This document shows positions 45,131 through 61,553 of a stretch of 64,000 bases of DNA, piece after piece. A model generated the notes under the pieces. That model searched no databases. It was not told the DNA's origin and was given only the letters and a program-made list of their open reading frames with translations. The DNA lies in the NCBI RefSeq assembly GCF_009914755.1, contig NC_060926.1; one strand, given 5' to 3'. The first letter of the stretch is position 1. Every line of letters begins with the position of its first letter. Both the position numbers and the translations under genes were made by a program. This DNA comes from the human T2T-CHM13v2.0 reference genome, Homo sapiens.

Positions 45131-45494
45131 TGATATCATTTTGCTGTGTCCCCACCCAAATCTCATCTTGAATTGTAGCTCCCATAATTCCCATGTGTTA
45201 TGGGAGGGACCCAGTTGGAGATAATTGAATTGTGGGGGTGGTTTCCTCCATACTGTTCTCGTGGTAGTGAATAAGTCTCACGAGATCTGATAGTTTTATA
45301 AGGGGAAACCCCTTTTGTTTGGTTCTGATTTCCTCTCTTGACTGCTGCCATGTAAGACGTGCCTTTCACCTTCCATCATGATTGTGATGTCTTCCCAGGC
45401 ACGTGGAACTGTGAGTCCATTAAGCCTCTTTTTCTTTTTAAATTACCCAGTCTCGGGTATGTCTTCATCAGCAGCGTGAAAACAGACTAATACA
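45131..45494 (+). mobile_element. THE1B-like MaLR solo LTR
   Basis: tgatatcattttgctgtgtccccacccaaatctcatc...gaaaacagactaataca. Confidence 0.92.
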
Positions 45495-45539
45495 CCCTCC
45501 CATGGGATTACTCTTTTAGCTGCTTCTAAGCATTCCGCA

Positions 45540-46034
45540 TCAGTTCCTGGTTTGGATTCTCCTGGAAGCAGACTCTGAGACAAGGACCTGAGAGTCAATA
45601 GGTTATTGGGAAAGATCCTGGAAAGGCAAGAGAATGAGAAGGGAAAGTGAAATCCAGAAGGGAGAAGCAAACAATGAAGGGTGAGTTGGTAAGCTGGTGA
45701 GGAGGCTGCCACGATGGGAGACTCTGGCCTGGCCCCACTAAAGAACTGTAGAGTACACCTCAGAACTTTCCCCAGGAGGGCCAAGGAAGCTGGAATACTT
45801 ATCCACCAATTCCTAACCCTCACAGGCTGGGGACCACCTCTGGGGGAATTATATTCTAGGCGTCTCTGGTCTGCCCTGTGCTCTGGCTGACAGATCCCTC
45901 AGGTATAGAAGCAGAGAGATGAGGGCGTCTGTGGTAGGCAGCTGTGAGCATGCACAAGAGTGGCCTTTGCAGCTGCAAGTGAACTCAGAGGTGGGCCAAA
46001 GGGAAAAGGGCAGGGCTTCAGCAGCATCTTCTAC
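45540..46034 (-). mobile_element. Old ERVL LTR (LTR40/41-like)
   Basis: ggattctcctggaagcagactctgagacaagga...cagcatcttctaca. Confidence 0.55.
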
Positions 46035-46272
46035 ACCATCTGCCCTACCAGAGCTTGTTTCCCCTCTAGAAGATGGTTGCAGAGACAATGCTGTGTGTCC
46101 ACCATCTTGTCTCAGGCACACAGAAAGATGACATGTCCCAGGCTCCCCTGTCATTTAAGCCATCTCATTCACAGCTAAATTAGAAACAGGGTGCTACTTC
46201 TGCCCAGTAGAATATGAACAGAAGTTACTAAAGTCATTTTCAGGCCTGACCCTTAAAAACAACCCAGGCGAG

Positions 46273-47266
<994 letters not shown>

Positions 47267-49065
47267 TGATCCTCCAGTTCTTTCTCTTCAGTGACCAACT
47301 TGAAGTCCATATGTTTAAGATGGTAGGAATGTAAGATTGAAGGAGCTTTGATCCCTGAGTCACTGAGTGAAGGAGTCCACCAAGGAAAGCCACTCAAATT
47401 ATGCCAGACTGTAACATGAATGAGAAATAGGCAGTATGCAGCCCCTAAGATTTGGAGATTTGTTACTGCAGAAAAGCCTAGCCCATCCTGACTAACACAG
47501 AATATATATTGGCTCTGCTGAGAATCTCTGCATGTTTTGGCAGTATGTTTCTTTTCCCTTTTCCTCTTCATAACTTGAAAAGAATCTTTAATGCAATTTC
47601 AGGGCTAAAACAGTGTGCTTCCGCTTCAAGAAACAAATATGCTTAGCTGAGTGATGTTCTTGCAGTTGGCAATGAACCCGTGATGCCCAGCCAGTATAAT
47701 AGTCTTGACAGCATCTCTCAAGGCCCGCCTGCCTGCTTTAAGACCCAGTCTTGGCGACAGGGTTTAGCTGCCCACCCTTCCATTTAACACATCTAGAGAA
47801 ACTACCAATTACTGCTAAACTGCCTTGTGTGGCTCAGCCCTCAGGTCAGAGGATGACATCCGGGAGGGCCATTTCAATGATTATGTAATTAATATTATCA
47901 TGATATATAACTGCAGTAATGGTTTTTATCAATAGAGACCTGTTCTTCCTAGGCTATTCTTCAAAGTCAGGCTGTTGCCTGTTCTACCTTTGTGACATTC
48001 AGGAGCATCCTCTGGCCACGTGGTTCGGAGGTTTTATTGTACATCTTTAAGTGCTCTCTCTGAAACCCATGGGTCCTGGAAGTTTTGAACTAGGTTTTGT
48101 GGCTCTGCGTCACCTTCACAGTCTTAAAACGCACCCGTTTACACAAATGCCTGCTCACAAGCCACAGAGTGATGGCCGCTGACTCCTCCCAAAGTCAACA
48201 CTTAGATTTATTGACTGAGAAGGATGTAACTGACCGAAACTTCACCCAGCTCAATATTTGCCTAGAGACAATAAATCTCAACACCGACCCAAACTGAAAG
48301 TCGATGGATATGTATTGTTACAGACTTTCTTTTGGCAAGACTAATCCATTGGGTATGGATTTTGAAATAATTTCATTTTGATTGGAGTGTGGGGCTAGCT
48401 GGACAGTGCAGTCAGAAAACAAAGTGGGGGACGCGTGATAGGAGCAGTTGCTCCTTGTAATCCCATAGTTAAATTCAGTGCTGTGAGCAGCACTTAGAAA
48501 AAAGAGCATGTCATCTATCAGGCCTCCAGAAGGGCCGCCTTCTGTGAGATGATGTCATCATAATGGCAGAGTGTGTTAAGTCCTCTGTGAATCCCCACAG
48601 GGCATTTGTCCTGCATGAGAATCAATTACAGAAAAGATAAATGGTGCATGAGAAGTGTCTTTTGGCATATATTTCACTTCTGATACATGTTGTTCTGCTG
48701 AGCAACAAACAATTTAGATAAACCTCAAGGTCATGTTTGGACCAGAGAGATGTTTTTCATTAGCTAGAGAGTGACCATGCTGATAAGAGAAGCAGCAGTT
48801 TGTGGAAAACTGTAAAACACCCGCCCTTCCGGGCAGCCGAAGCAGCCTACCTGGATCAGGCTGAGAGCCCTGGACATCACAGAAAGCCATGTTAGCATTG
48901 GAAAAGCGAGAGTGACGTCTTTGCCCACCATCTCCCAACGAAAGCCCTTCTGAGTGCACGGAATGATTATTTCTGTGAACTGTAGTTATACTTCAGGCAT
49001 GGACTCTGGAGAATACATTTTACTGGCTCAACTTTTTGTGAATCACAAATCCAGCTGAGTTGTGA

Positions 49066-49443
<378 letters not shown>

Positions 49444-49542
49444 TTAGATTTTTTTCACGGTTCCACAAGTGAAAAGGGAAAGTGGTTCGTGTCTCCGTGT
49501 AGTCACTTCCTTGTCACTGGGTCCTCAGACCCATTGCACAGG

Positions 49543-49833
49543 GTTTATTTTTTTGAGACAAAGTCTCACTCTGTTGTCCAGGCTGAAATGCAGCAGTTTG
49601 AGCCTTGACCTCTCAGGCTCAAGTCGTCCTCCCACCTCAGCCTCCCGAGTAGCAGGGACTACAGGCATGCACCCTCACACCTGGCTAATTTATTGTTGTT
49701 GTTGTTGTTATTATTATTTGTAGAGATGGGTCTCCCTATGCCGCCCAGGCTTCTCAAACCCCTGGGTTTAGCAGTCCTCCCACCTCAGCCTCCCAAAGTA
49801 CTGGGATTATAGCACGAGCCACCGTGCCTGGCC
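49543..49833 (-). mobile_element. AluJ, internally deleted
   Basis: Antisense dimer with (TTG)n linker. Confidence 0.88.
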
Positions 49834-50887
49834 CCACGGGGATGTTTGTACCGCCTGTCACCACATCCAGCAGGTGCTCCCACAGCCCAGCAGGGTGTGC
49901 TGTGGTGATGTTGTCCTTATGTCATTCCATCCGGTGCCTCTGATCAGCTGTGACTTAGGGCACTGTCCTCCCAGGACCTGGCTGCAGCCTCAGAATCCTT
50001 TTTGTTCCACCCTTCTCCGTGTCTGTATTCCAGAATCTTGTGTTTTGGGGCACTCAGTTACCTCCTTGTAAAATGTTGTCCTCCATATTTTCATAAAGAG
50101 GAATTCAAATGTTTTCTCATCTTACCCTAAGAAGATTCCCCTAACCCCAAATCTGGGGTGTCTTCTCTGTTCTTCCATAGCCCACTATCAATACAGACAG
50201 TCCTTACTGTACCCACCTGGCTGTCATCTCTCTACTATGAGAGACAATTTCCATCTCATTCACCATTTTATTACCAATTATAAGCACGGATCTTGCTTGG
50301 CACATAGTATATATACATACTCAATAAGTATTTTAGCAATCATTGAAAAAGTTTTAGATTATACAATATCTATGCCCATATTTTTCTACTTAGGGTCCAT
50401 GCAGTGAGATTAAGAATTTCAGAGATTAGCTTCCATTTTCCCCATTTCTCAAAGTATGAGCACCAGAGGCAGCAAAAGTGAAGGGCCACATTAGGGGTCC
50501 AGCACCTCTGGCCCCTTCTCTGTCTCAGATGTATGTGGAGTGTGAGTGTGGACTAGCCAAATAAAAGGAAACAGGCCAGAAAAGTCACTGGTTCCAGTCG
50601 AACGAATACTGCTTTCTTGCTTATGAATTTCTCCCCCTTGTTCCTTGCAAAGTGTGGAACTGAACAAGGGGAACAGCTATGTGGTCAGCAAGAGGGCGGG
50701 AGGTCACTCTCTAATCACAGGCATGGGGCAGGTATAACTTGACCCTCCATCCCCACAAAGCTACACAGGTCCTGTCTCTGCACAGTTGCTCCATCACCGA
50801 TCTTACCACACGGCCTTACGAACACTTGGCTATTCTCTTCTCCTTGCCTTGACCCATGTGTAAATAGCTGATGCTCTGAAGCTAATG

Positions 50888-51245
50888 TTATTTTAATAGC
50901 TTTATAGAGGTATAATCGACATAGAATATTGCCCATATTTGAAGTGTACAATTTGGTGAGTTTGGTTATGTATATACCCATGAGACCATCACTGCAATCA
51001 AGATAGTGAACATGTTTATCACCTCTGTGTGAGCCCCTCCCTTTCTCAGCCCCTCCTCCTCCCAGCCTCTTCACTTCTCAGGCAACCACCCATCTGCTTT
51101 CTATTACTACAGGTGAGTTTGCATTTTCTAGAGTTTTGTATAAATGGAATGATACAGTATGTACTATTTGGGGTTGACTTCTTTCACTCAGCATAATTAT
51201 TCGATCTCCATTCATGTTGTTGCATGTATTAATAGTTTATTTAAA
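50888..51245 (-). mobile_element. L1M(B/E)-type 3' end
   Basis: agctttatagaggtataat...gaagtgtacaattt...ctttcactcagcataattatt. Confidence 0.78.
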
Positions 51246-51988
51246 GCTAAGGTTTTTATAAACCTCTCCTGAAAGCTTGGAGACATCCTAAAAATTGGAA
51301 AGAATTGGGTCTTGGGCTATATTATAACATAGATTGTCTAGATTTGTTCTAGAATTAGCAAGCCTGCTATCAGCAGGAAACCCACCAATAAGAAGAGACT
51401 CAGAACAGGAAAGGGGCAAATAACAAAAGGAGATAAACAGCTAAGAAGACAGACAGAAGGAGCCAAAAATATCTCCCGAGTTTCCTTCCATCTGTGCTTC
51501 TCTCCCCAACCGTGCTTCCCCAAGATCCACTGCCACCAATTCAGCCTAATCTTTCACTAAAAGTATCTTCTTCCCTCTTCTTTCAAATATCCCACCTCCC
51601 CCACAAATAAAGCCATTTTTAAAATCACCTACCTTTAGCTGAGCAAGGGAATAGAGTGACATACCTCCCACTCAAAACATCTCACTGGAAACCCCACCTT
51701 CTGTGTTGAGAATTTTGAATCCACAGTAACTTGAGACAAATCTTTCCTTCTCAAATTCCCAAGTAAAGGTGCAGAGCTTGGCTTCATCTGCCTTCCCCCA
51801 CATCTCTGAGACCTCAACCTCACTAGGGACTATCACCCATTGGTTATAAAGCAAGTTAATTTCAGTGTTAGCCAGATAAAAAAGGATTAATGTCTTTTCA
51901 GGTCGGGGGCTTCTTTTCAGTCTTACTCTGTACAGTGAAAATTCTACACAAGTACGTATACTTCACTTTGTTAAAACAACTTAGTCCT

Positions 51989-52293
<305 letters not shown>

Positions 52294-53621
52294 TTAGTTC
52301 TGAGCATAGGAATCATGTCCACTTGTAGTCCACTGCCTTTCTGGCCTCAGCTCTCAATTCTCTTCTATTTTAGAATAGCCTGCTCTCGTGCCCTAGTCAC
52401 CCTTTCAAAACATTTCAACGTGTGAAGTGTGAAGTCCCGTCTCCTTCATTTCTGCACACGTAGGCACCTCAATCTCAGAAGACTGCGTGAGAATTCCAAC
52501 TTGCAACAGGCTGCATGAGAGATGCCAGGTTTGCTATTTGCTTTGTAAAAAGCCCACTTATCCTCCGCGTTTGTTCCAGGCCTCCTGGCATAACTTACCT
52601 ATGTAATGGGCACACTTGAATGCACTAAATAGTGTAGATTCCAGAGCTGTGGTTAGGGCAGGGCAAAATGATTCCTTAGTAGATGAAAAAAGGCATCACT
52701 CCAATTACTGTAAAACCTGGCCACAAATTGCCAGGCCCAAAGTAATGCTTAGTCCAGCCTGGTGGGGAGTGTCCGGCTACTCCTGGCTTCCTGACACTTT
52801 GCAAATGGAGGACTCCTTTTCCCTTTCACTCCAGTAAGCAACCCATGCCGAGAATTTTCTCATGCTTCTAGCAGGGGGTTTAATGACCAATGACTTCACT
52901 GGAGATGCTGTGGCTGTGTAGAGCAGCAAATATTCTGAGGAGCCCAAGGACCCTTCTCTACCAAGCCCTGACCTGTCTCACCTGCTTTTTCCCGTGTCCC
53001 TCAAACCCTCCTTCCAAACCATGAAAACACTGAGGGCTTTCTTCACTCTGCCCCTGTTCCAGGCCATCTCCTTTACCTGATTGTCATCCTGTCCCCACCT
53101 CACCATCTCTGCCGGCCAAGCCCTGTCTCTTCTCAAAGCCTAGGCCTGAATGCTACCTCATCCTTAATGCTTTCATAAATCCCTTAGCCAAAAGTCACTC
53201 CTTTCCCATTTGTCTCCTTAAAACAGTTTATTCCTTAGATGTGGAAATTGTCCAATTCTGCTTTGCTGGAGCTGGGGCTGCCTCGAGAGCCACTTCTGTA
53301 TGGCTAGCATACTTCTCCCAGGCAGACACTCTGATTTCACATGGATTACTGCACTTAATCTTCAAAGACCTGTCTAAGTCCCAAAGAAGTTATTTAACTT
53401 GTCTAAGATCACAGAGCTAATAAGTCACAGATTTGAACCTAAGGCAATCTGACCCTTCCACTTAACCAAGGTACTGAACTACAAGCTCTTAAGAACATCT
53501 CTACAGTGCTTAACACGTGCCTTCCTCTAAGTCATAGTCACATATGTATGTGTATATGTACATATATACCCATATAGACACGGATATATCTCACATCAAT
53601 ATAATGAATGAAGAGAACACC

Positions 53622-54098
53622 TATATTATCTTCTTGTGGCTACTATTAAAAAATCACCACAAACTTGGTGGCTTAAAACAATAGAAATTTATCCTCTCAC
53701 AGTTCTGGAGGGCAGAAGTCTGAAATCACCATCACTGGGCCGAGATGAAGGTGTCAGGAGGCCCATACTCCCTCCAAAGGCTCTGGGGTAGAATTCATTC
53801 TTTGCCTCTTCCATCTTCTGGTGGATGCTGGCATTCCTTGGATTGTGGCTGCATCATTCCAGTCTCTGCCTCTGTTGTCACATTGCCTTCTTCTTTTCTG
53901 TTTGCCTTTCTCAAATAAGGACACTTGTGATTGCATTTAGGGCCCACCTAGATAATCTAGGATAATGTCACCATCTCGAGATCCTTCACTTAATCACAAT
54001 TGCAAAAATCCTTTTTCCAAATAAGGTAACATTTACAGACTCCAAGGATTAGAACCTGCTATCCTGGGGACAGGGGTGGCATTGTTCAGCCAACTACA
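53622..54098 (-). mobile_element. MLT1C-like MaLR solo LTR
   Basis: accacaaacttggtggcttaaaacaatagaaattta...; TSD ACACC. Confidence 0.88.
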
Positions 54099-57000
54099 AC
54101 ACCCAACCTTGGTTCTTTTTCCTAAGTTACAGGTGTCCATGAACAGCTGATCCTACAAATTAACTTTGTAGGAACCACTTCCTCAGTCCCCAAAATACAA
54201 AGAAACTTTAAAAACAACCAGAATCCCACAAAGGACTCTCTTTAGGAGAAGCTGGCTGGAAACATGAAAAGCATATTCTTCCATATAAAAAAGCAGCAGC
54301 ACATTCTCTTCAACAAACATATTGTAGGTCACATTTTTATGGCTGAATCAACAAAATGCTCTCTATAAACTACAATTTTGTGCAGCACAGACTGTTTCAG
54401 ACACACTCCTGCTGCCAAGATGAGAGGTAGACATGGCTCATTCTCTTACCCTGGTGTCTCTGAAAATTCTTTCCCACGTATCTCGGGGCTGCCTGTGCTG
54501 ACAAGAGGAATAGTATATCATTCTCCGGTGACGAGCCAGCTACCCCTCTGTTAGGGGCCAGGGAATCTCAGAGCACAGAGCATGAAACACGCCAAGGTTC
54601 TGTGGTAGAAACCCCAGACAGCTGTTGTCAGAGGGCATTGCATAAGCACACTAATGGGGGCTAACCTGAAATCGCACGCTTATGCGGAGCCCGCCCAACT
54701 CTCTGATAACATCAATGCGTGGGTCTTGGCTAATCAATTCTCATTTGGGAGACAATTTTGCTAGAAGATGTTCAGACATGGGGAATCCCAATAGGCCTTT
54801 GGTCAACATGATTTTATGGTTTGTTTAAAAATGGTTAAACAGCTATTAAGCTTCTCTTTCTGGCCTGTGTCCCTGCCTTCATATAAGTCATGCATGCATT
54901 TTCTCCCTCCCTCTAAAACTCTCAGACACATAAACACACACACTCTCTGTGGTTTGAGTGCTCCGTTATGGGGAAGCAACATCGTGATTTTTCCACCTCT
55001 GTTGAATGCTAAGGATTCAGTCCCAACCACGAACATGAGCTCTCAGGCCTCCCGTTACAGGCTCGGTCACTTAAATGAGCCACAGGACCTCTGTCTGCAC
55101 TGACATGTGGCCAACGTTGGGGGTGGGGAATCCTTTTTGGATCCATTCTTTATTTCAAACAGCTCAATAACATTGATAGAATTAGAAAGCTTTCTTTTCC
55201 CGGTGATAGCTCAACCTATTCTGTTTTATTTCTGCTGGGTTGGCAATAACTTGCCAGCCAGGTTGTTAACCAAGTTTATTACTCACAGTCCAGGGAGTGT
55301 GAGTAAACACAGCCCCGAGAAGGCACCCCAAGCCCTCAGTGCCTGCTGTCTTGGGACCCTCTGGTTCGGACAGGAAGTCTCTTCCGGGAGCATATTTCAG
55401 TAGTTGCCTCCTGGATGGCCATTTTGATCAGGGGCCAGGCCCCGGTTCTCTGCTAATGTCACCCTTGGGGGAGGTTCAGCAGCCATAAAATCTCTCCTGA
55501 GACACTGTCATCCAACCGTTACACAGAACATGGTTTTGCCTGACAAGCCTGAAACAGCACATGGCATTTCTCCCAAATTCTTTATCTATGCATCTCAAGA
55601 AGGTCTCGGTTGGGCTAGAGCTATATTTTATGCCATGCAGCATATTGGAAATTCTCTTCTTCTGTAACATGTGATTTAGAATAATAGTACATAAGGACCT
55701 GGAGTTAATACAGTAACAAAATTCAGTCTTTGCATGAACTAGGGAGAAAGCAGAGAGACTAGGAGATTTAGACAGCCCACTCTATTGAAACATGCAAACT
55801 CCGGGATGCCAGATTTTGACCTTTTGATTCATGGAGCAAATCTTTATTAACTGAACCCATCATACAAAAAGGGTGGTGGTCTCAGCAGTTTAAAAATATA
55901 ATCTGGAATTCAGAATTCTATTCACTAATTTCTTCACTCGCTGAAACTGGAGGAAAGAAAGGGTTTCATCCACCTCTTGGAGAACATAAAGCTATGTAAT
56001 TCCTTCTTATTCACATCTATTCATCGTGGAAAAAAAGGATCCATTTCGCCAAGCGTGGGAGATGTCAGTGCTTATCCTGCTGGCAGGACTCCTGCAGGGA
56101 CTGGCAGGAAAAAAGAGAAAAGAGAGACACAGAAGAGCAGCAGAAGCAAGCGGAAGAAGAAAAGACCTGGAGTCTCCAGGAAGCTACTGGCTAAACACGT
56201 TAGTCTCTGCTAGAAAATTCTTCTCACCCTAAGTTTTTGCCCATTTATTCGGAGGACACACCATTCTAAGTGCAAGAGACAGAAACATCTAGAGGTATAA
56301 AGGGAATGCCGAAAAGGCAGATCTGCCCCTCCAAAAAAAAGCGCACACAGCTCCCCCACCGAAGCCTGATGATCCAGCGTCACCAATCTGGAGGCTCTAC
56401 CCCATTTTGGACATGTGCTGTGGCTAGAATCCAGGGAGCGAGGCTGGGAGCATAGGAGGCACTTCTATGGCAGTGGGTAGAGGTACCCCTTTCTCCTGGC
56501 ACACTCAGCCCCACAGCAGGGCAACCCAACTTGGTGATCAGCTCCCACTTTCCTCCTTAGCCAAGCTCCTTTGTGGGGTGCACAGGTGCACACAGTATAC
56601 AAAGAGACAGAAGAGAAAAAAACCTTTGGGCCTTTTGGCATTCCCCATTGTCATTATTAGCTGAATCCATGCTCCTAGGAAGTTTCCTTCACTTTGGATC
56701 TAAGTATCCCGTGGGCTGTCTTCTATTCTCTAATGGCTGAGAAACTAGGGTACACACTCACTGTAACTATCTCAGAATATTCTCTATGCATTTTCTTTCT
56801 CTGTACCTGGAATCTCCCATTCTTTCCCATCTCTGTCTCCTAATGGTTTTCCTGTTCCTCTGACATAAATGAGGAACAAGATGGCAGATGGGTTTGTGAC
56901 ATTGCTAGACTACCACCAAAGACACAGCTCATGAGCCCTGACCATTCTAGACCTAGAAAGACTCTTTGCCTACATCTTCAAAACTCTGGCAGTCCCAGAG

Positions 57001-58158
57001 TCTATTTCACATATAAATCTCTACATCTACTTCCACTCAGCGAGGGCAAAATCAGATATGCCAGGGGAATACACAAGTAGGAAGTGGTAGAACTGGGAAT
57101 TTGACTCCAGATTCCCAGTGTTCGTGACCCCGATGCCAGTACCACCTTCCAATGAGAATGTGGTGGAGCTACAGGGTCAGGGGAATTCTCCTCCAGGTTT
57201 AGATTTTGCCTTGCCGATTTGGCCTCTGATTTCTTGACTCTGAGAAAGTCACTTCAGAGCCGTACACCCCAGTAACCTATCTTCCAAGTGTAGATCATGC
57301 CAATGAGCAACCATGGAGGGTCAAAGTAGTAAGATCCTGGGTACAATAAGAGTAGCCACTGCCATTCAACCAAGACCAAATGTTACTGAACAAATAGGCT
57401 TAACTACAGGCAACTGAGTTGGCCAGAGGCTCCTGCAGGACTGGCTTCACACTTCATGGCCAAAAGGATAAGCTCTCAGGATAAGGAGGACACATTTAAG
57501 CAGCTTACTGGGTTGCCTTGCTAAGCATGATAACTACAGACTGGGAGAAGGGACAAGGAATGTCGTATACTTTCTCCATTGTCCGTAGGGGCTACCTAGT
57601 AAGTATTTTCAGTTGATCAAAGCAATATAAAGTAAGCCTCAAGTCACTGTTGTTATGCTTGGAAATATTGTTCATGGATAAGAAATGCTTGGAAAATTCT
57701 TATAGGTTTAAAGAAGTTTCTCCCAAGTCTCAGCAAACTTTTTAAATAAAGAGAAAGAACATTAGAATGACCAATATAATTCACCTCCAAGTCATGGTCT
57801 CATATTTGATTTTCCTCTTCTACATCATTAAATGAATACCCCAAATTCTTCTCCTTAGTTTAAATAAAGGATATATTTTCCAGATTAGGTGATACTTTTT
57901 ATCATATGTATACATTTTGATGTGTATATATGATATATATTTTTATATCTTTGAGCTGAATATTCAGCTCCAATTTATGGAAAATGTCTCCCATGAATGT
58001 TTTTCCCATGGAAAAAATCAAACCTTATTTTTTCAAACCAACAAAATCAAACTTACTTAAGTCAGAAAAAGCCTAATTTCACTTCATTAATTCAAGCACA
58101 TGTGTTAATACAAGTACCCATGACAATTTCCTTTATTCTGAGTTCTAATTCTAAAACA

Positions 58159-58245
58159 GATGGATTGGTGGGTGGATGGATGGATAGATGGATAGATGGA
58201 TGGATGGATGGATGGATGGATGGATGGATGGATGGATGGATGGAT
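58159..58245. repeat. (GGAT)n microsatellite
   Basis: Direct read; imperfect at the 5' part. Confidence 0.96.
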
Positions 58246-59080
58246 CAGAGCCTATAAGTTTGTCATTTGGATGAAATAAGATGTCATCTCCTTCAATATT
58301 TCTTAAAGAGGCTCTTTTTTGCATTGGTCTCATGGGATCCTGCCCCCAACAACAATGCATTATTAAATTGTCCCTTTTAAGGGTGCCCTCAGAGTATTCT
58401 CCCTCTGAGGAAAAGTGCCAGAGTGGAATCCAAGATTGATGAGAGGAATTGTTTTCTTTTGTAGTGTGGGAAAAGGGTGATTAGGAAAGGAAAGTCAAGG
58501 AGAACCTGGCAGACAATAGACAGTTTAACACAAGGTACACGTGGAAGTTGAAGCTCCTAAAATCTGTTTCCTTATATCTACTCACGTCCCTGTAAAGTTT
58601 TTTCCTGTACTCTCAGAGGCATACATATCACAATTTTAAGACAGCTTATCGTGTCACACAATCCCTGGGACCTTTACAAATTCCACAAATGTTAGATTTC
58701 AATCCAGTCTCTGAGAAGCACATTACTATATACACACCCACGTCCTCTGCCCACTTCCTCTGCGCCCCCCCCCACCAAAAAAAAACCAGTAAGTAAAAAG
58801 ACTGGCCCATGATCAGGTAACAGGTGCAATGAAAAATTAAAATACACTGAACTAGAGGAAATAAATGTATTTGAACCTCCTAGGCCAGGGAAGTGCCCAT
58901 TCCCTGCTCCTTGCATGTCCTATTAATGATGATGACCACTTAATCACATCCCCAGGTGATGGGAAAAATGTCGTGTTCCCATTCATTTGGTCAAAATAAT
59001 TTTTTTGTTCACCCAAAGTGCTTGGGACAAGGTTCAGTGCATAAGGTCACTGACAGCACTGCAAATTGAAATTCTATCTG

Positions 59081-59399
<319 letters not shown>

Positions 59400-61553
59400 T
59401 CCCATTTGAAGCATTGCACCTACATAATGGAGATGTGCCACATCATCTCATGCCTCTCATAATGTCTTCTTCTGCTCCTGTCCTGCAGTCTTGTACCTCA
59501 GGCACCAGAAATTCTGTTTTCTGAAGGGTTTGGACTACTCAGCCATTGTATGCCACAGTGGAAAATTAAACATTTATTGAATGCATGAATATAGGTGTGC
59601 ATGAATGAATGGATGGATGAATGAACAAATAAATAAATGAATAAGAACATAGGGTCAAAAAGGGTTTGAGTCTCTGGTCCCAGAAAAGGTCAGAATTCAA
59701 AATGAAAATACTCCTCAAACTTTCCCTTTTGTTGAGTGCAGCCATGATTTGGTTGACACTAATTAAGTCAGCAGGAGCTAATGAACTGTTGAATGAAACT
59801 AACCAACCTTATATCCTGACCTCAGCAAAGGTCAAATGATTCAATGACTAACTCCACAGCCAGGTAGCAAAGTCCTGAGAGTTTTGACACGATGGCTATG
59901 CCACACACCTCCTCTGGGCTTCAGACTCATCTTGGGTCTGAAACTTGGGTTTCTTGCATTCCTGCCTTGTGGATAGACATGCATATCTGTTTTCCAAACC
60001 AAATGCTTCATGTGATCCCTAATCAGTTTGATCAATTGAGCCTTCACTGAGGGTCCTTCCACTCTGCTAGTTTCCCTCCCTCTGCTTGAAGAAACACCCA
60101 ATGTCCCCATACTCTGGCCTCCAAACAATACTCTGATTCACTGATTTTGACAATTAATTACTTCCCTAAAAAGAAAAAGCACTACCCAGACACCAATGAG
60201 AAATAAACATGGCAAAACTTTCCATAAATCACTGGGAACCACAACTCTCTTATAGAGAAGAAAGTTTTGTATATTCTACTTCTGTCCCTGAATGTGAAAC
60301 TGCATCATTTATTACCTTTATCTTGGGATACAACCTAAGTAAGCAAGTCATTTTGGAGTCAATCAACTTTCAGCAGACTTTGAAATGTTGATTGCATCTG
60401 GAGATTGCACAAGTTTAGTTATTTTTTAGCACTTTGGCCTGTCATAAAAACATTCTCTCAAATCCCAGTATTTCTCCTCCACTGGCATAAAAACTTGGAA
60501 ATGTATTATTGCTGAGAGACTCCATTCTCTCTGCCAGCAAGTCCCCAGAGGGAAGCACTAGCAGAAGAAAGAAGTTTTTACAGTCACTTCATAAGAGAAA
60601 GTCACTCATCCACTGGACCTAATCAAGTCTTCCAAGACGTGGCCCATAGCTGACACCCAGAGCTCCACTCTTTGTATTTGTGCTCTTTCCTTTAAAAAGA
60701 AATGGCAAAAACCTATGCTTTTTCCTCCATAGCAAAACATAATGGGCAAAACAAGGGACCACTATTATGAGAGTGCTAATAGCAATTCTAGCCTGCAAGT
60801 AAAGAAGACTTACCAGGACCAGAGGACTAATTAACAGGTCAGCCAGATAATGCATGAACACAGGAGGAAATGTGTATTTAAGAAGCAGGGCTGAGTGTGC
60901 ACGGCAGGCTGCTGCTGGTTTGCAGCTGCTCTTTTGGCCCCGTGGAAGAGCACAAGTGTGGGGTAGGGAACGGGGGTGACCTCAGTTCCAGCCCCAATTA
61001 ATGTCTCCCTTTCTCCTCCATGAATCATGGGTTATATATTAAAGTGAGACCTTCAGAGGCCTGCATTTGGAAACAAATGCAGTTTGTTTGACAGTTTGAT
61101 GAGCAGTTTAATAAGCATATCTGATGCTTGGTAGCAGAGTCCGAGAGACACAGAAGATGATGGTCTTGCCTTCCCACAGCTTCTAGTCCAAGGAAAGGGG
61201 CACAATGTCCACCTTCTCTCTGTGTTCATTTCTATGGCATGGGAGGTTGAATCTGTAGCATGCATGTTGATTCATCTGGCAACTCTTCAAACAGAAACCT
61301 CTGTGAGCTGGCAGGCTTGCCTAGTGGCTATCAATGTTCTTAATGGGGATCCAGGGACACCTAGGATCTGCCAATGCCTTCTAAATTAGCAAAGAAATAT
61401 CACCTATGGGGTTGCTTTAGTGTTGTGTATTGTATTAAAGCTTAAAACATCTGAGAACCCACTCATTCTTCAAAGACTTTACTGTGAGCAGGTATGTAAA
61501 TAACTGATGTCAACATTCTCTGGGATGGCCCTGAGCAAAACAGTCAAAGTATG

